Assembly: GCF_006345805.1 (NCBI RefSeq)
Contig: NC_043002.1
Location: 18,538,001 to 18,602,000, forward strand
Origin: Octopus sinensis
Lineage: Eukaryota
DNA length: 64,000 nucleotides
Direction: 5' to 3'
The notes beneath the pieces are model-generated. The model did no database searches. It worked only from the letters and a program-made list of their open reading frames with translations, and had not been told where the DNA came from. Below are positions 37,016 to 52,624 of this stretch, piece by piece; positions within the stretch are counted from its first letter, which is position 1; the number at the start of each line of letters is the position of its first letter. The position numbers and the translations under genes were made by a program.

Positions 37016-38977
37016 ACAAATTTTCACTCCACCAGATCGCCTCTTCCTTGTTAATTCACTTTATTTCTTATTATTCCATGATCTGATTCATCACTTTAAT
37101 TCAGTTAGTTTGTACAGGTGACTTTTCTGATAATCAGACTTTTTTTTTTTTTTTTTTTGTTTGCTCATGAAATTTTCCCTAATAGGTAATAATTTCACAC
37201 AAAACCGCCATGTGTAAATGTAAGGGAGACGACCCATTACACCGAAAGTTAGTTGGTAAGTTGTGTCCCTTGCTTGTGAGGTTGATACACTTCTATTCAT
37301 TTCTGTATGAGTGTTAACTCTTTGATGCAAACATTTTTTCCCTCATAGTTTCAGGTTCAACCCATGTCAGCCGCACCCCCATTTTTTATTTTCCAATTAA
37401 AAATCATGAGTAACATAGTGCTCATTATATAGAGTAAATATAGTAATATTCTTTTGTACTCTAGGCGCAAGGCCCGAAATTTTGGGGGAGATGGCTAGTC
37501 GATTAGATCGACCCCAGTACACAACTGGTACTTAATTTATTGACCGCAAAAGGATGAAAGGCAAAGTCGACCTTGGCAAAATTTGATCTCAGAACGTAAA
37601 GACAGACGAAATACTACTACGCGTTTCTGCCAGATCGCCGCCTTATAAATATAGTAATATTATATCATCTGTTTATATGAAGCATTAAACTCTGAGTAAA
37701 CGACTGAGGAGGTGAAATCATACCAAGAGCACCGTGTTTGGTAGTCTCTCAACGACACTTGAAATTAATGTGTTTCCTCACAAAGTCCTTGTGTGTGTGT
37801 GTATGCGCGTGTGTGTGTGTGTGTGTGTGTATGTGTGTGTGTGTGTGTGTGGTGTGTGTGTGTGTGTGTGTGTGGTGTGTGTGTGTGTGTGTGTGTGCAA
37901 TAGAAGCCCTTATTAAGACAACTTTGAAATAGTCTTCTTAGATTATAGTAATCAGCTGATTACTTTAAGCAGAGAATAGGTCATGTTAGAAGTGCGTGTG
38001 TGTTTCCCCCAATTAACTTACACTAGATCCATTATTTTAGCTCATCCATAAAAGCATATTGTGAAATTAAGTAATTTCTATATATACGACAAATATGGTC
38101 TCAAATTAAATGCTTGTTTTATCTAATATTGCGCTCAAGCTGTTTTCTTTTTGTGACACATATTCGTCACATCCGTCATATAGCAGTGTTTGACATTGCA
38201 GAAAGCTTGCCGAACTTAAATAAACTCAGTGTACGCAATTGATGCAGCATTTAATTATAAAAGTCATTTTTGTATCACACTTAACATATATACACCATTG
38301 ACAGGGATGACGCACTCCAAGAGGGGCGAAATGCGTCTGGCGTTCTCGTGATTCACTGCTGGAGCAATATTTGTCTCATTCTGATATATATTGTGTAAAA
38401 TCTTGGTATCTGAATTACAACGTTGCCATACCATCAATAAAAAGATGACTTTCGGTTTCATTTCCAGTGAATTTTAAGATACCGATTTTTCGTGGGGATC
38501 TTCTTTTTTTTTTTTTTTGACAGGAAACTGTGATTTATAATGCAGAGCACTTAGTGAAAATACTTTTCTACTGGAGTAAAGAGACTGGCTTTATTTAACC
38601 GACGTCAGAATTCCTGACATTCTTACTTTCGTAGGAAAAAACATTTCTAAATAACATGCATTGCACAAAATGAATTACACATTTTTTTGTGCGTACAAAA
38701 AGTATGAAGTCGTAAAATAAATTATTTTTAACTGTGGGACTCAAAATTTATAAAGCTATAAATGATAGCGTGTAGAATATTTGATGAGACCAAAGGAACC
38801 GCACCTATTTTTCTATAAGACACGCCAACCATTACACCAAAGCAACGCTTCGATTTTTTTCATCCAATTTCAAGCTTTGTTTTTATCGGCGAGGATTGTA
38901 AGATGCTTACATCGTAAGAATTTAGAAAATGGGAGAGATATGAAGTAAATTTATTTTTGACAGCGAAGCACGAAGTA

Positions 38978-39371
38978 CAGTGGAACCTCGGTTTACGAAC
39001 ACGCCTCTCATCACCTACAAATCGGTTTACGAATGATTTTTCGGGTGACGAACGGTGTCTCGAGTAACGAACACGCAAGCCGGCAACAATAGTTGGCGAC
39101 AAGCTGGGAATATGAGAGAGAGAGGGGGGAGAGAGAGGGAGAGACAGACAAACAGAACGAGAGAGAGAGAAAGAAAGAAGAAAGGGAGAGAGAGAAAAAG
39201 AGAGAAAGGGCGTTAGTTGCTGACTAGCTTTTACTCAGTGCACATCCTTGCTTCAATTTACCGTACTTTCTCTTCAATTCTCTTTGGGGGAAAATACTTT
39301 TGGTTTACTAACACTACAGTTGACGAACTGCCTTCAGGAGCAAATTAAATTCGTAAATAGAAGTTCCAGTG
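38978..39371. mobile_element. Tc1/mariner-pogo (Tigger-like) MITE
   Basis: TA-flanked TIRs cagtggaacctcggtttacgaa / ttcgtaaatagaagttccagtg. Confidence 0.7.
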
Positions 39372-39573
39372 TAGGTAAAACTATAAATAACAATGTGTAA
39401 CAAGTCTTCGACATTCTTCTTTCATGGGTTCTTTTAAGTCATATTATTTATGCTATAGCTTATAGCTTAATCTACATAGAGTTCTATCATTAAAAGAACA
39501 ATTTATTTCATAGCTCTCCAATTTCTAAATTCTTATACGCGCACTTATATGAATGCATATTGAAATATGTGAT

Positions 39574-39656
<83 letters not shown>

Positions 39657-39999
39657 GTACGGTGCGTGTGTGTCTTTGAGTTTGTGTCAGTCACCGACCC
39701 TCACTTGACAACCGACGGGATCAGGGATCAGCTAATTGCTTCGCTACGTACCGAAGTTAGAAATAGGCGCTAATGTCATTTCAACTGCCATAAGTATCTC
39801 CGAGACAATAACACACTTTTTTTTATGTAAGCAAAAAGATATATAATGATAAAACTAGCAACTTTATTCCGATTTTATTATAAAGATTTTATTTATAAGC
39901 GTCATATTTAGGACTATAATATCGTGACAATCAGTTATTAATTTATTTTACCAAAGCAATCCCTTATTATTTCCTCTTCGTGGCGGAGATAAACAAATG

Positions 40000-40389
40000 G
40001 GGGAGGAAGCACTCCGTCGGTTACGACGACGAGGGTTCCGGTTGATCCGAATCAACGGAACAGCCTGCTCGTGAAATTAACGTGTAAGTGGCTGAGCACT
40101 CCACAGACACGTGTACCCTTAACGTAGTTCTCGGGGATATTCAGCGTGACACAGAGAGTGACAAGGCCAGCCCCTTGAAATACAGGTACAATAGAAACAG
40201 GAAGTAAGAGTGAGAGAAAGTTGTGGTGAAAGAGTACAGCAGGGATCACCACCATCCCCTGCCGGAGCCTCGTGGAGCTTTTAGGTGTTTTCGCTCAATA
40301 AACACTTACAAGGCCCGGTCTGGGAATCGAAACCGCGATCCTATGACCGCGAGTCCGCTGCCCTAACCACTGGGCCATTGCGCCTCCAC
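40000..40389 (-). mobile_element. Young SINE family C with an 11-bp TSD
   Basis: TSD ataaacaaatg at 39989-39999 and 40390-40400. Confidence 0.9.
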
Positions 40390-40539
40390 ATAAACAAATG
40401 ATAAGTGGAATTAACAATGTATTCTATTTCAAAGATATCTTGAAAATGTTATATTGAAAATGATAATATAAGAGAAATGATTAATATATTGGTTTGATAC
40501 ATTTTTTTAGTAATACACACTACTAATACTGGGGTGTAA

Positions 40540-40915
40540 GCAATGGCCCAGTGGTTAGGGCAGCGGATTCGCGGTCGTAGGATCGCGGTTTCGATTCCCA
40601 GACCAGGCGTTGTGAGTGTTTATTGAGCGAAAACACCTAAAAGCTCCACGAGGCTCCGGCAGGGGATGGTGGTGATCCCTGCTGTACTCTTTCACCACAA
40701 CTTTCTCTCACTCTTACTTCCTGTTTCTGTTGTACCTGTATTTCAAAGGGCCGGCCTTGTCACTCTCTGTGTCACGCTGAATATCCCCGAGAACTACGTT
40801 AAGGGTACACGTGTCTGTGGAGTGCTCAGCCACTTACACGTTAATTTCACGAGCAGGCTGTTCCGTTGATCGGATCAACTGGAACCCTCGTCGTCGTAAC
40901 CGACGGAGTGCTTCC
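40540..40915 (+). mobile_element. Young SINE family C, head-to-head with the 40000-40389 copy
   Basis: Near-identical body; no TSD recognised. Confidence 0.9.
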
Positions 40916-42104
40916 ATTTTTCCATAATGTGTAAGAATTAAAACTTCCTTCTCTAAGCCTAGATTCGAAACCGAATCCAAGAATTCTCGGTCGTCCAAAC
41001 CACGACGATCAACAGGCGCGAAAAAAGGTTTTCTTTGTTCTGTCAAAAAATTGATTGATTGACCTGCGACCTCAGCTATGTTAGGCTAAGTTCAACTGGA
41101 CAAGCGCTGACCTATTTAGGTACAAACTCTGCTGCAGTATGTCTGTTTTTCTAGCTGCCACAAATATTATAAAACCGTGGTGAAACAGAAGATGCAAGCA
41201 GACAAACGAGATAGATCTATCTACGACCCAAGTTTTTGGCAGACCGCAGTGGCAGAGAGAAATGTTCGAAGTGCCGATAGACTACTGTTTCGAATGAAAC
41301 ACGCACACACGCGCACACACAAACATAGTCATTCCTAATATGTACTCTGTATTTCTAGCAACTCGTAGCAGTTGCCTACTTTTTTTATGTAGTGTACTTA
41401 TAACAAATCAAACCCTGTAAATAAATTCCTTTCAATCATGAATCGGTTTACGTATTTGTTTACATACACACTAAACCACTACAGGGCATTAATATAATTA
41501 ATAAGAAATTGATTAAATACAGCATTTTATTAAAATGTATATAATAATGACAAGGTAAATAATTATACTTGGTTTGTGTCAATTACGAAAGGAATATATT
41601 TATCAGAAAAGTAGGCTTAGAATCATAGAATAAAAGATATATATATTTACTTAAATACAACGTCTAAATGGACAATATATTTAAATACATATCAAGTAAT
41701 TAATTTAAAGATAATTTATGTAATTAAATAAATAGTATTTCGAATTAACTAAATATATTACATGTGAAGAACAGGAAAAACTATCGATTGACCTTATATT
41801 GTTGTTTCTAACCAAACACGGGGTTGAAAATGTATATGAGATATGATTGATGGCAGTTACTAAAATGTTACATAGGATATTGTTTTTATTTTTTAAATAT
41901 ATAACCCCTTATATGGTATTTAAAGTTGTACATATATGTATGCTTTTTTTGACCAGCAAATAAGGGAGAATCGAGAGCGATGTTTACTTAGATATACTGG
42001 GAGGGAGTAATGAATAGATAGTGATACAAACAAAGTTACGCTTATAAGCTTCAGTTCTGAATTTGAATTGACGAGTGAAAGGAAAATTAGTTAGAAAACG
42101 AAAC

Positions 42105-42420
42105 TACAGTTCTATATTTAAGAGATGAGGAATTATGCACATTATTTACATTTTTTACATTTGACGGGCATATGGTGTAGTGGCTAAGGGCGTGGGCTAC
42201 TAACCCCAAGATTCCGAGTTCGATTCCAGGTAGTGACCAGAATAATACTAATAATAATAATAACAACAACAACAACATCGAAAAATACCTTCGGAATGAG
42301 AATCCAGATTCGAAATTACCCCAAGACACCTGCTGAAGGCTGGAGGGTATATCAGCTGAAACGCTGTGTTAACATCAAACAAGAAGAGGACAAATATCCG
42401 GCAAATGTAAATAAAGTACA
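42105..42420 (+). mobile_element. tRNA-headed hammerhead element (family D) preceded by an inverted copy of its own tail
   Basis: Head gggcatatggtgtagtgg..gagttcgattcc at 42166, (AAT)n linker, mutated core CTGCTGA..TGAAAC; 42105-42165 is the reverse complement of the family tail (cf. 45120-45181). Confidence 0.75.
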
Positions 42421-42933
42421 AAGCGAAATTAATACAAAATAATCGCAAAAGAGAAAACTAAAGGTACTAATTTTAAATATCTAAATATTATCTACTGATG
42501 AGTCCTAAATGATATAATATAATAATGAGTATTACTTTTGTTGAAATTCCTGTTCTTCAATTGTATACCCGAAATATGTCTTGTTAAATTAAGTAAGTAA
42601 TCAATATTAGGATCAAAACCTGTTCCATTTATTTGATGACATTTATTGGACTCTGTCTAATAAATTATTTATACTAATGATTTGTATTTATATATATTCG
42701 TACGAATATGAAAGGAATTCCTTAAATAAAGTATGATAAAAAAAAGGAATTGGAAAGCTAGGGAATAATGCCCTAAACGGAAGAAGTATTTCCATCCGGA
42801 AAAATATTATATGCTATCAGTATTACCCGGCTTTGCCTGGGATTAAGTTAGGATTATTAAGCTAATCAAGTTCTTTATTTCAAACCAAACTAAGTAACAT
42901 CGGCGTCAAATTTGGGCTAAATCCGTTGGAATT

Positions 42934-42970
<37 letters not shown>

Positions 42971-43215
42971 AATTGCAGCGTGGAAGGTGTTTATAAGCCA
43001 TTTAAGAAACACACAAAACCGTTAGATTCACTTCAACATTTAAATTTAATTTGTCAAAATATTTTCGTCGCTTTGAGACCGCGACCTGTTCACTTCGTCA
43101 ATAATAATAAGGGTAAAATTAATTAATTAATTAGTAATTAATTATGTATGTATGTATGTATGTATGTATGTATGTATGTATGTATGTATGTATGTATGTA
43201 TGTATGTATGTATGT

Positions 43216-43259
<44 letters not shown>

Positions 43260-43786
43260 TGTGTAACCTCTTCCTTACAGCAAAATAAATTATTCCAATT
43301 TGCGAACTTTTTTGTAATTTGGAAATTGTCTGATCAAAAACTGAACAAATTATTAAAACAAATAGGCTGTGCTCTGGAACTCTCCCCCATCGTTTTGTGT
43401 TCCGTTGATCTATAATATTCAGTCCTTTAAACGTTCTATCTGTTGACATCTATTGAATTTGTAGGCCCCTTCTTTTCCTTTTTAATAGTCCTCAATGCTA
43501 CGATGGCCTCCATCCGTTTTGAGACATGAACGTTTGAAAATTAAGAAAGGAAATTGGTTTACAAATTATTCAGAGACATTTCAAAAGAAAATTGAAGCTA
43601 CATGCATATAAGACACAAATAGAATAAATATATTATAAAGACCAGAGAGTCAAGTTAGTACAAGTGTATTTTAATGAGCCACTTATCAGTAACTTGTTCA
43701 TCTTTTGCCTCACCGATTTTCCGACACATCACCTCATCGCTCATCTGCGCATGTCCAGTAAAAATTTGCTTTTATCTCAATTAGTT

Positions 43787-43840
43787 TTATTCATTAAAGC
43801 TTTCTCGAAGCTGGTGGCCACCTTCACGAATGTTATGACG
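43787..43840 (-). CDS. Candidate terminal coding exon of iGluR-like copy B ([17 protein letters not shown])
   Basis: Acceptor ttttatttacatgtacAG, phase 0 as required after ..GGGIK|. Best candidate seen, but there is no homology support. Confidence 0.35.
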   Translation of the reverse strand, partial: RHNIREGGHQLRESFNE

Positions 43841-43964
43841 CTGTACATGTAAATAAAAGAAAAATACATTTTATATATGTGTGTGTGTGTGCGTGTGCGC
43901 GCGCGCGTCTTATATATTGTATGTATGTATGTATGTATATATGTGTATATATATATATATATGC

Positions 43965-44027
<63 letters not shown>

Positions 44028-44436
44028 TATAGATATATATATATATACACGTTTGAGTGAACCAACGAAAGAAGGGCACTCAACAATTTGACTCAAAATC
44101 GTTGATACTCTTGAGTTCTGTCATTCAGATTCAAAATAGCTGACGACTGGCATCACGCTTGAAACTCAAGAGTACCAACAAGTTTGAACCGAACTGTTTT
44201 GCTCCATGTGTGTGTGTGTGTGTGTATAACGCGCATGTACACTCAGTCGCAGGTAGTTAGACACGTGAATTCAGTTTCGACTAGCATTTAAAATAAAGAG
44301 GAACCTAGTCCGAAACATTTATTCGTTTCCAATTAGATTTTATATAACTGTTAACAATATGGTTAGGTCAATTATAACAAAGTAGGCACATTTTTTTCTG
44401 CTGGTGACAATATTTAGAGATAAGCAAGATTACATT

Positions 44437-45181
<745 letters not shown>

Positions 45182-45823
45182 TAAGCAAGATTATAGTGCA
45201 TTTATTAGAGGTCAGGTTCAGCCCCGATATCTTTTCATAAAAGGTACAAGAAACCCGAGATAGAATGAAAGTTATTTTAAGAACCACAGATTGGTTTTAA
45301 ATATTTTAACTACACATGCAAAATCGTATAATTCAAAACGATTAATATTCGATATTTTAATTTTGTTCTGTAATTTTTTTCTTCTTATAAATTGTTTTTG
45401 GGAATCTGAACTCTTTCTCGTTGCTCTTCTAACAGGTCGTGTTTAGTGTAAACAGAAGACAGAGAACGGGAAATGAAACTACAGACAACTCCCGAACGGG
45501 AAAGGAAACTACGGACAGACATACAGATAGATAGGGAATAAGCTAGGGAGACGTCAAGGACTATATAACATGAAACAGGAGTTAATGATAACGGTTTCAA
45601 ATTTCGGCACAAAGCCAGTAAATTCGGGGGTGGGAGAAAGTCGATTATATCGATCCCAGTGCATAACTGGTACCTATTTCATACACCCCAAAAGGATGAA
45701 AGGGAAGTCGACCTCAGCGGAATTTGAACCCAGAACGTAAAGACGGAGGAAATTCGGAAAAGCGTTTAGTCAAGTGTGCTAACGATTCTGCCAACTCTCC
45801 GTCTTAAAAAAATAATAATAAAC

Positions 45824-45863
<40 letters not shown>

Positions 45864-48265
45864 GGACCCCCATAACAACTGAAGAGGTCACCCAGGCACT
45901 GCAAAGACTAAGCAACTGGAAGGCACCTGGGCATGACAAGATCCCCAACTTCTGGTTGAAATATCTAACAGGAATGCACAAAAAGCTGGCTGAAAACTTT
46001 AACAACGTACTAGCAGAGCCAGAGACAATGCCTGAATGGCTCACGAAGGGGAAAACCATCTTAATTCCCAAATCAAATGAAACAGAAAAACCAGAAAACT
46101 ACAGACCAATAACCTGCCTCCCTACTATGTTCAAGGCATTTACTGCAGTGATATCACAAAGGCTGAACAAGCACCTGGACGAAAACAAAATGTTCCCAGA
46201 AGAGCAGAAAGGATGCCGCAAAGGCTCATATGGCTGTAAAGATCAATTAATGATTAATAAAGCCATAACTGAAGACAGCCACAGAAAGAAGAAAGGCCTC
46301 AGTATGGCCTGGATTGACTACAAAAAGGCGTTTGATAGCATCCCCCACACATGGATCCTCGAAACACTAGCCATTAACAAAGTAGCACCAACAATCATAA
46401 AATTCATAGAGCACTCTATGAATAAATGGCAAACAGTCCTACACCTCCAAACAAAAGAGGAACTCATGAAAACCGAAGACATCCCCATTAGAAGAGGAAT
46501 ATTCCAGGGAGACACGCTCTCTCCACTCCTTTTCTGCTTGGCACTGTCACCTCTATCTGATATGCTAAATAGAACTGGATGCGGATATAAATGTTACGGC
46601 AAAACGATCAACCACCTTTTATATATGGATGACCTAAAACTATACGCTGCAAATGACAAACAGCTGGAACACTATTAAAGACAGTTCATGGATTTACCAA
46701 AGAAATAGATATGAAATTTGGGTTAGAAAAATGCGCCAAAGTAACCTGAAAAGAGGAAAACTAGTTAAGAGTAACAACATCACACTAGATAAAACCAATG
46801 AAATAAAAGAATTAGACCAAAGCCAAACTTACAAATACTTAGGAATCCATGAACTAGATAAGACACAACACACACAAATGAAAAAGAAAATAAAAAAAGA
46901 ATATTGTAGACGAGTTAGATCAATACTAAACACAGAGCTCAATGCTAAAAACAAGATAATAGGTATCAACACTTTAGCTGTCCCAGTTATAAGTTACAGC
47001 TACAACATCCTTAACTGGACACGAAATGAACTGACCAAAATAGATAGGAAAACAAGAAAATAATGACAGGCTCTAGGATGCATCACCCAAAATCTGACAT
47101 AGAAAGACTATATTACAACGTATAGAAGGTGGTAGAGGCCTTATACAGCTGGAAAACTACTATAAAATAACCACCATAGGACTGCAAAAATATCTACTTC
47201 AGAAGGAAGGAAAACTGATCCAGATAGCGGCAAAACACGAGCAAAACAAAAAACTGTTCTCAGTATTTAAGGAAGCTGACAAATACAAACAAGAAATCAT
47301 ACCACCTAATAAACATGGAAGAAGAAGAAGATGAAGAAACAACAAAAGCTATAAAACAAATGAAATCCAAACTAAAAATAGAACAGCAACGAACCATGAT
47401 AAAACGATGGCAAGAAAAGCCCCTTCATGGTAAATACTGGACTAAACTAAACGCAAAAGATATAGACAAAGAAAAATCCCAGCAATGGTTGAGAAGCTCA
47501 GGACTCAAAGCAGAAACAGAGGGATTTTTAATTGCAGCACAAGACCAAAGCCTCCCCACCAGAAATTACCAAAAACATGTAATGAAAAGAATATTACAAG
47601 TAACTGCAGAATATGTGGAGATGGACAAGAAACAATAAATCATATTATCTCTAGCTGCCCAGTCTTGGCTAAGAAGGAATATATTCACAGAATGACAGAG
47701 TTGGAACCTACATACATTGGAAGCTATGCCAACATTATGGAATAACAACAGAAAAAAGATGGTATAGGCACACACCAGAAAAGGTCACAGAAAGCGAGAA
47801 AGCAACCATACTCTGGGATATGCCGATACACACAGATAGAGAAATTAAGGCCAACAGACCAGATATAGTTGTCAGAGATCATGAAGAAAGAAATGCTTTC
47901 TAATTGATGTATCAATACCGGCTGATGACAACGTGTCTCTAAAAGAAATGGAGAAACTCTCAAAATACAAAGACCTGGAAATAGAGGTAACTAGAATGTG
48001 GAATCTGAAAACAGAAACAATTCCTATCATAGTAGGTGCATTAGGCATGATAAAAAAATATTCAGACAAATACATAACAAAAACACCAGGACTTACAAAA
48101 CAATATAACATACAGAAAATTGCACTACTAGGCACTGCAACATCCTACGCAGAACACTTTCCATACAATAACTATCAGAGCATCACAACAAATCACAGCA
48201 CATACCCAAGGCACACAGAGCTGTGCTCGGTAGTGAAGTGAAAGCACGCTATAAAAATAAAACTA

Positions 48266-48268
<3 letters not shown>
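45864..48268 (+). mobile_element. 5'-truncated R4/Dong-clade non-LTR retrotransposon (RT, CCHC, RLE) inserted in (AAT)n
   Basis: WKAPGHDKI, YRPITCLPT, WIDYKKAFDSI, GIFQGDTLSPLLF, YMDDLKLY, CRICGDGQETINHIISSC, RPDIVV..IDVSIP; (AAT)n on both sides; several frameshifts. Confidence 0.92.
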
Positions 48269-48354
<86 letters not shown>

Positions 48355-48361
48355 TAATAAT

Positions 48362-48812
48362 CCTTTCTACTATAGGTAAAAGGCCTGAAATTTGTTGGGG
48401 AGGGGACTAGTCGATTACATCAGCCCCAATGTTTCAGTGGTACTCAATTTAACGACCCCGAAAGGATTAAATAAAAGTCGACCTCGGCAGAATTTGAACT
48501 TAGAATATAGCGGCAGACGAAATACCTATTTCTTAACTACCACAAGGAGTTAAACACAGAGAGGACAAGCAAGGACAGACAAACGGATTTAGTCGATTAT
48601 ATCGACCCCAGTGCGTAACTGGTATTTATTTAATCGACCCCGAAAGGGTGAAAGGCAAAGTCGATCTCGGCGGAATTTGAACACAGAACGTAGCGGCAGA
48701 CGAAATACTGCTAAGCATTTCGCCCGGCGTGCTAACGATTCTGCCAGCTCGCCACCTTATGAATACAGATGGAGTACCGGTCAACGATAAGAGGGTAATT
48801 GAAAAAACTAGA
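48362..48812 (-). mobile_element. Tandem SINE B copies plus ~55 bp of flank shared with 36193-36250
   Basis: SINE B body twice, followed by atgaatacagatggagtaccggtcaacgataagagggtaattgaaaaaactagagc. Confidence 0.8.
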
Positions 48813-48823
48813 GCAGCAGCAGC

Positions 48824-48889
<66 letters not shown>

Positions 48890-48891
<2 letters not shown>

Positions 48892-49250
48892 ACAAAGAGA
48901 CCAGAAAGTGCCAGATAACTAAATTTACAGTTCCAAATGATCAGAAAGTCAATATGAGAGCCATAGAAAAAATAGCAAAGTACCAGGACTTAGCCATTCA
49001 GTTACAGAGACTATTGGAAATGCGGGTAAAATGTATCCTCGTAGTTATAGGGGCAACAAGAACTATCCCTAAAGATTTGAGCAGATGGACAAAGGAAATA
49101 GGCATAAAACCTAGTTTAGTGCAACTCCAGAAAAGAATGTGATATTAGGAACAGCTAGAATACGTAGGAGAGTTCTTGGCATCTAAGATTACTTGTTGTA
49201 ACCCGATGTTAGGAATTTTTTTCCAACAGTCTAATCTGTTGTGCGTATAT
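48890..49250 (+). mobile_element. 3' end of another RLE-type LINE
   Basis: DKETRKCQITKFTVPNDQKV..EKIAKYQDLAIQLQRL..VVIGATRTIP..LQKRM*LLGTARI, preceded by (GTA)n. Confidence 0.75.
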
Positions 49251-49285
49251 AAAATAATAATAGTAATAATAATTTATATACTTAC

Positions 49286-50034
49286 CTTGATACCTCCGCC
49301 AGACAGGAACACTTCAGCCACCAATAAAGATCCAGCTATAATCATTCCAATGAGCAATATTATCAAAGGGCCAGCAAATAAAGTGACGCTAAGACCGCTG
49401 AAGATGTCGTCATGTGCTGCAGTCATTTTATCAAAGTACGCTTGACCATCCATGAAGACTTCCCTAAAGATTTTCGTGTGACATTCACCCAGCATCCATT
49501 TCTCGTGTATTTTTTTAATAATATTCATTTCTTTTAGTCTAATAATAGCTTGATTTACCTCATTACTCAGTAAAGAATTCTTCTGCGTGACAAAGGAATA
49601 AGAGTGATCTCCTATATCTCCGACTACCATAAGGTCACAGGGTTTTTGACTAACTAAAAATTCAGCCAGATCGCCTTCCATAATGTAGGCATACTTGCCT
49701 TCTGATTCTCGCACCCTTTGCAAACCTTCCCTTACTGATGATGTCAAAACGCTTTGGTCCTTCATGATGTTTTCATAAATAACTCTTTCCACAGGAACTG
49801 ATGACCTTTTAAAATAACGAACGGTTGAACCTGATTTTACGGCCCCATAACGGACTTCACTCTGTTTGGCCAATTCATGAAAAGTGGTGAATGGGAGGAA
49901 CTCATTTTTTGGTCTGTTTGCCAGTAAGTGCGCTGCCATGGAACCGATGTAAAGAACCAGTGTTACCAAGACGAATATCCACCAAAACACACTCAGTGTT
50001 CTTCCAGAATAAGACCGAGGCGCAATACGATATC
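49286..50034 (-). CDS. iGluR/IR-like gene copy B, exon 5 (M3, S2, M4)
   Basis: ttttTAG acceptor (phase 1) and AAG|GTAAGT donor; 749 nt open: (G)[69 protein letters not shown]4. Confidence 0.95.
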
Positions 50035-50117
50035 CTAAAAATATATATATAATTATGAATATGAATACCTATGTATGTGTTCGCGATGAATATATGTGTG
50101 TGTATGTGTATGTATAC

Positions 50118-50148
<31 letters not shown>

Positions 50149-50149
50149 G

Positions 50150-50187
<38 letters not shown>

Positions 50188-50248
50188 ATATGATTATATA
50201 TATATATATATAGATATATATATATATATATAGATATATATATATATA

Positions 50249-50287
<39 letters not shown>

Positions 50288-50385
50288 TACATATATATAT
50301 GTAGCTGGAAAAGATTAGACATCTATACAAATCAAATTTTGAAATATAAAAGATGAAGGGGAAAATATATGTGTGTGTGTATGTA

Positions 50386-50463
<78 letters not shown>

Positions 50464-50614
50464 ATAGGATTAGCTCGTATACGAGTAGGTATATATTTTT
50501 ATATATAACTTTTTTTGATAAGGTTCATTTCAGAACTGAAACATGTTATAATGTATATATAAAAATTAAAAATTGTATAATATAGCAGCATTTTCGAACT
50601 TCATTTTGTTACAA

Positions 50615-50646
<32 letters not shown>

Positions 50647-50676
50647 TATTTATAATATATATATATATATATATAT

Positions 50677-50798
50677 TTTTTATAGAAGGAGCTTCTACAG
50701 GACTAGAACTGCTTCATTCAAAAGAAATCATCAGGAAGCTCCTGATGATTTCTTTGAATTGAAACAGTTCTAGTCCTGTAGAAGCTCCTTCTATAAAA
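50677..50798. repeat. ~120-bp palindrome of two overlapping hammerhead motifs
   Basis: Minus: GGAGCTTC-CTGATGA-tTTC tttt GAAt-GAAGC-AG ttctagtc CT-GTA-GAAGCTCC (8-bp stem I). Plus: CTGATGA (50742) .. GAAAC (50761) .. GTA. Confidence 0.8.
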
Positions 50799-50881
50799 TA
50801 AATTAATTTACTCTGCTATGTATTGAGTACCTTATTTACTGTGGTTAACCCCGACTCAACCCGGGACCTATATATATATAG

Positions 50882-52170
<1,289 letters not shown>

Positions 52171-52439
52171 GGCAATTTTTAAAAAAACTTGTAGAGTTCA
52201 TGCATGTTTATGAGTATATATACGTGAATATACGTATGTATCTGTAAATATACATACATGTGTATGTGCATGTTGTGGGTGTATGAATAAATATTCTCCT
52301 TTTAATATAAGAATATTTTTGGGTCAAAGTTATGAGGAAGATTACTCATTAAAAATGAAAAAAGGGGAGAAAAATAACGCTTAGAGCAGCCAAAACGATT
52401 GTTTTAGCATACATACATACACGCACATAGACACATACA

Positions 52440-52593
52440 CACACACACACACACACATACATACATACATACATACATACATACATACATACATACATAC
52501 ATACATAAATACATGCATACATACATACATACATGCATGCATGCATGCATACATACATACATACATACATACATACATACATACATACATACA

Positions 52594-52624
<31 letters not shown>

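Noticed and set aside
15465-40869. Four near-identical ORFs MVVIPAVLFHHNFLSLLLPVS..
   Set aside because: They are the interior of SINE family C; the similarity reflects recent retroposition, not a protein family.
41040-41300. Unique-looking segment with TATAAAA on the plus strand as a possible promoter of another gene
   Set aside because: No downstream ORF or exon structure was found.
43655-43750. Alternative terminal exon MSDEVMCRKIGEAKDEQVTDKWLIKIHLY* for gene B
   Set aside because: Weaker acceptor context than 43840; cannot be decided without transcripts.
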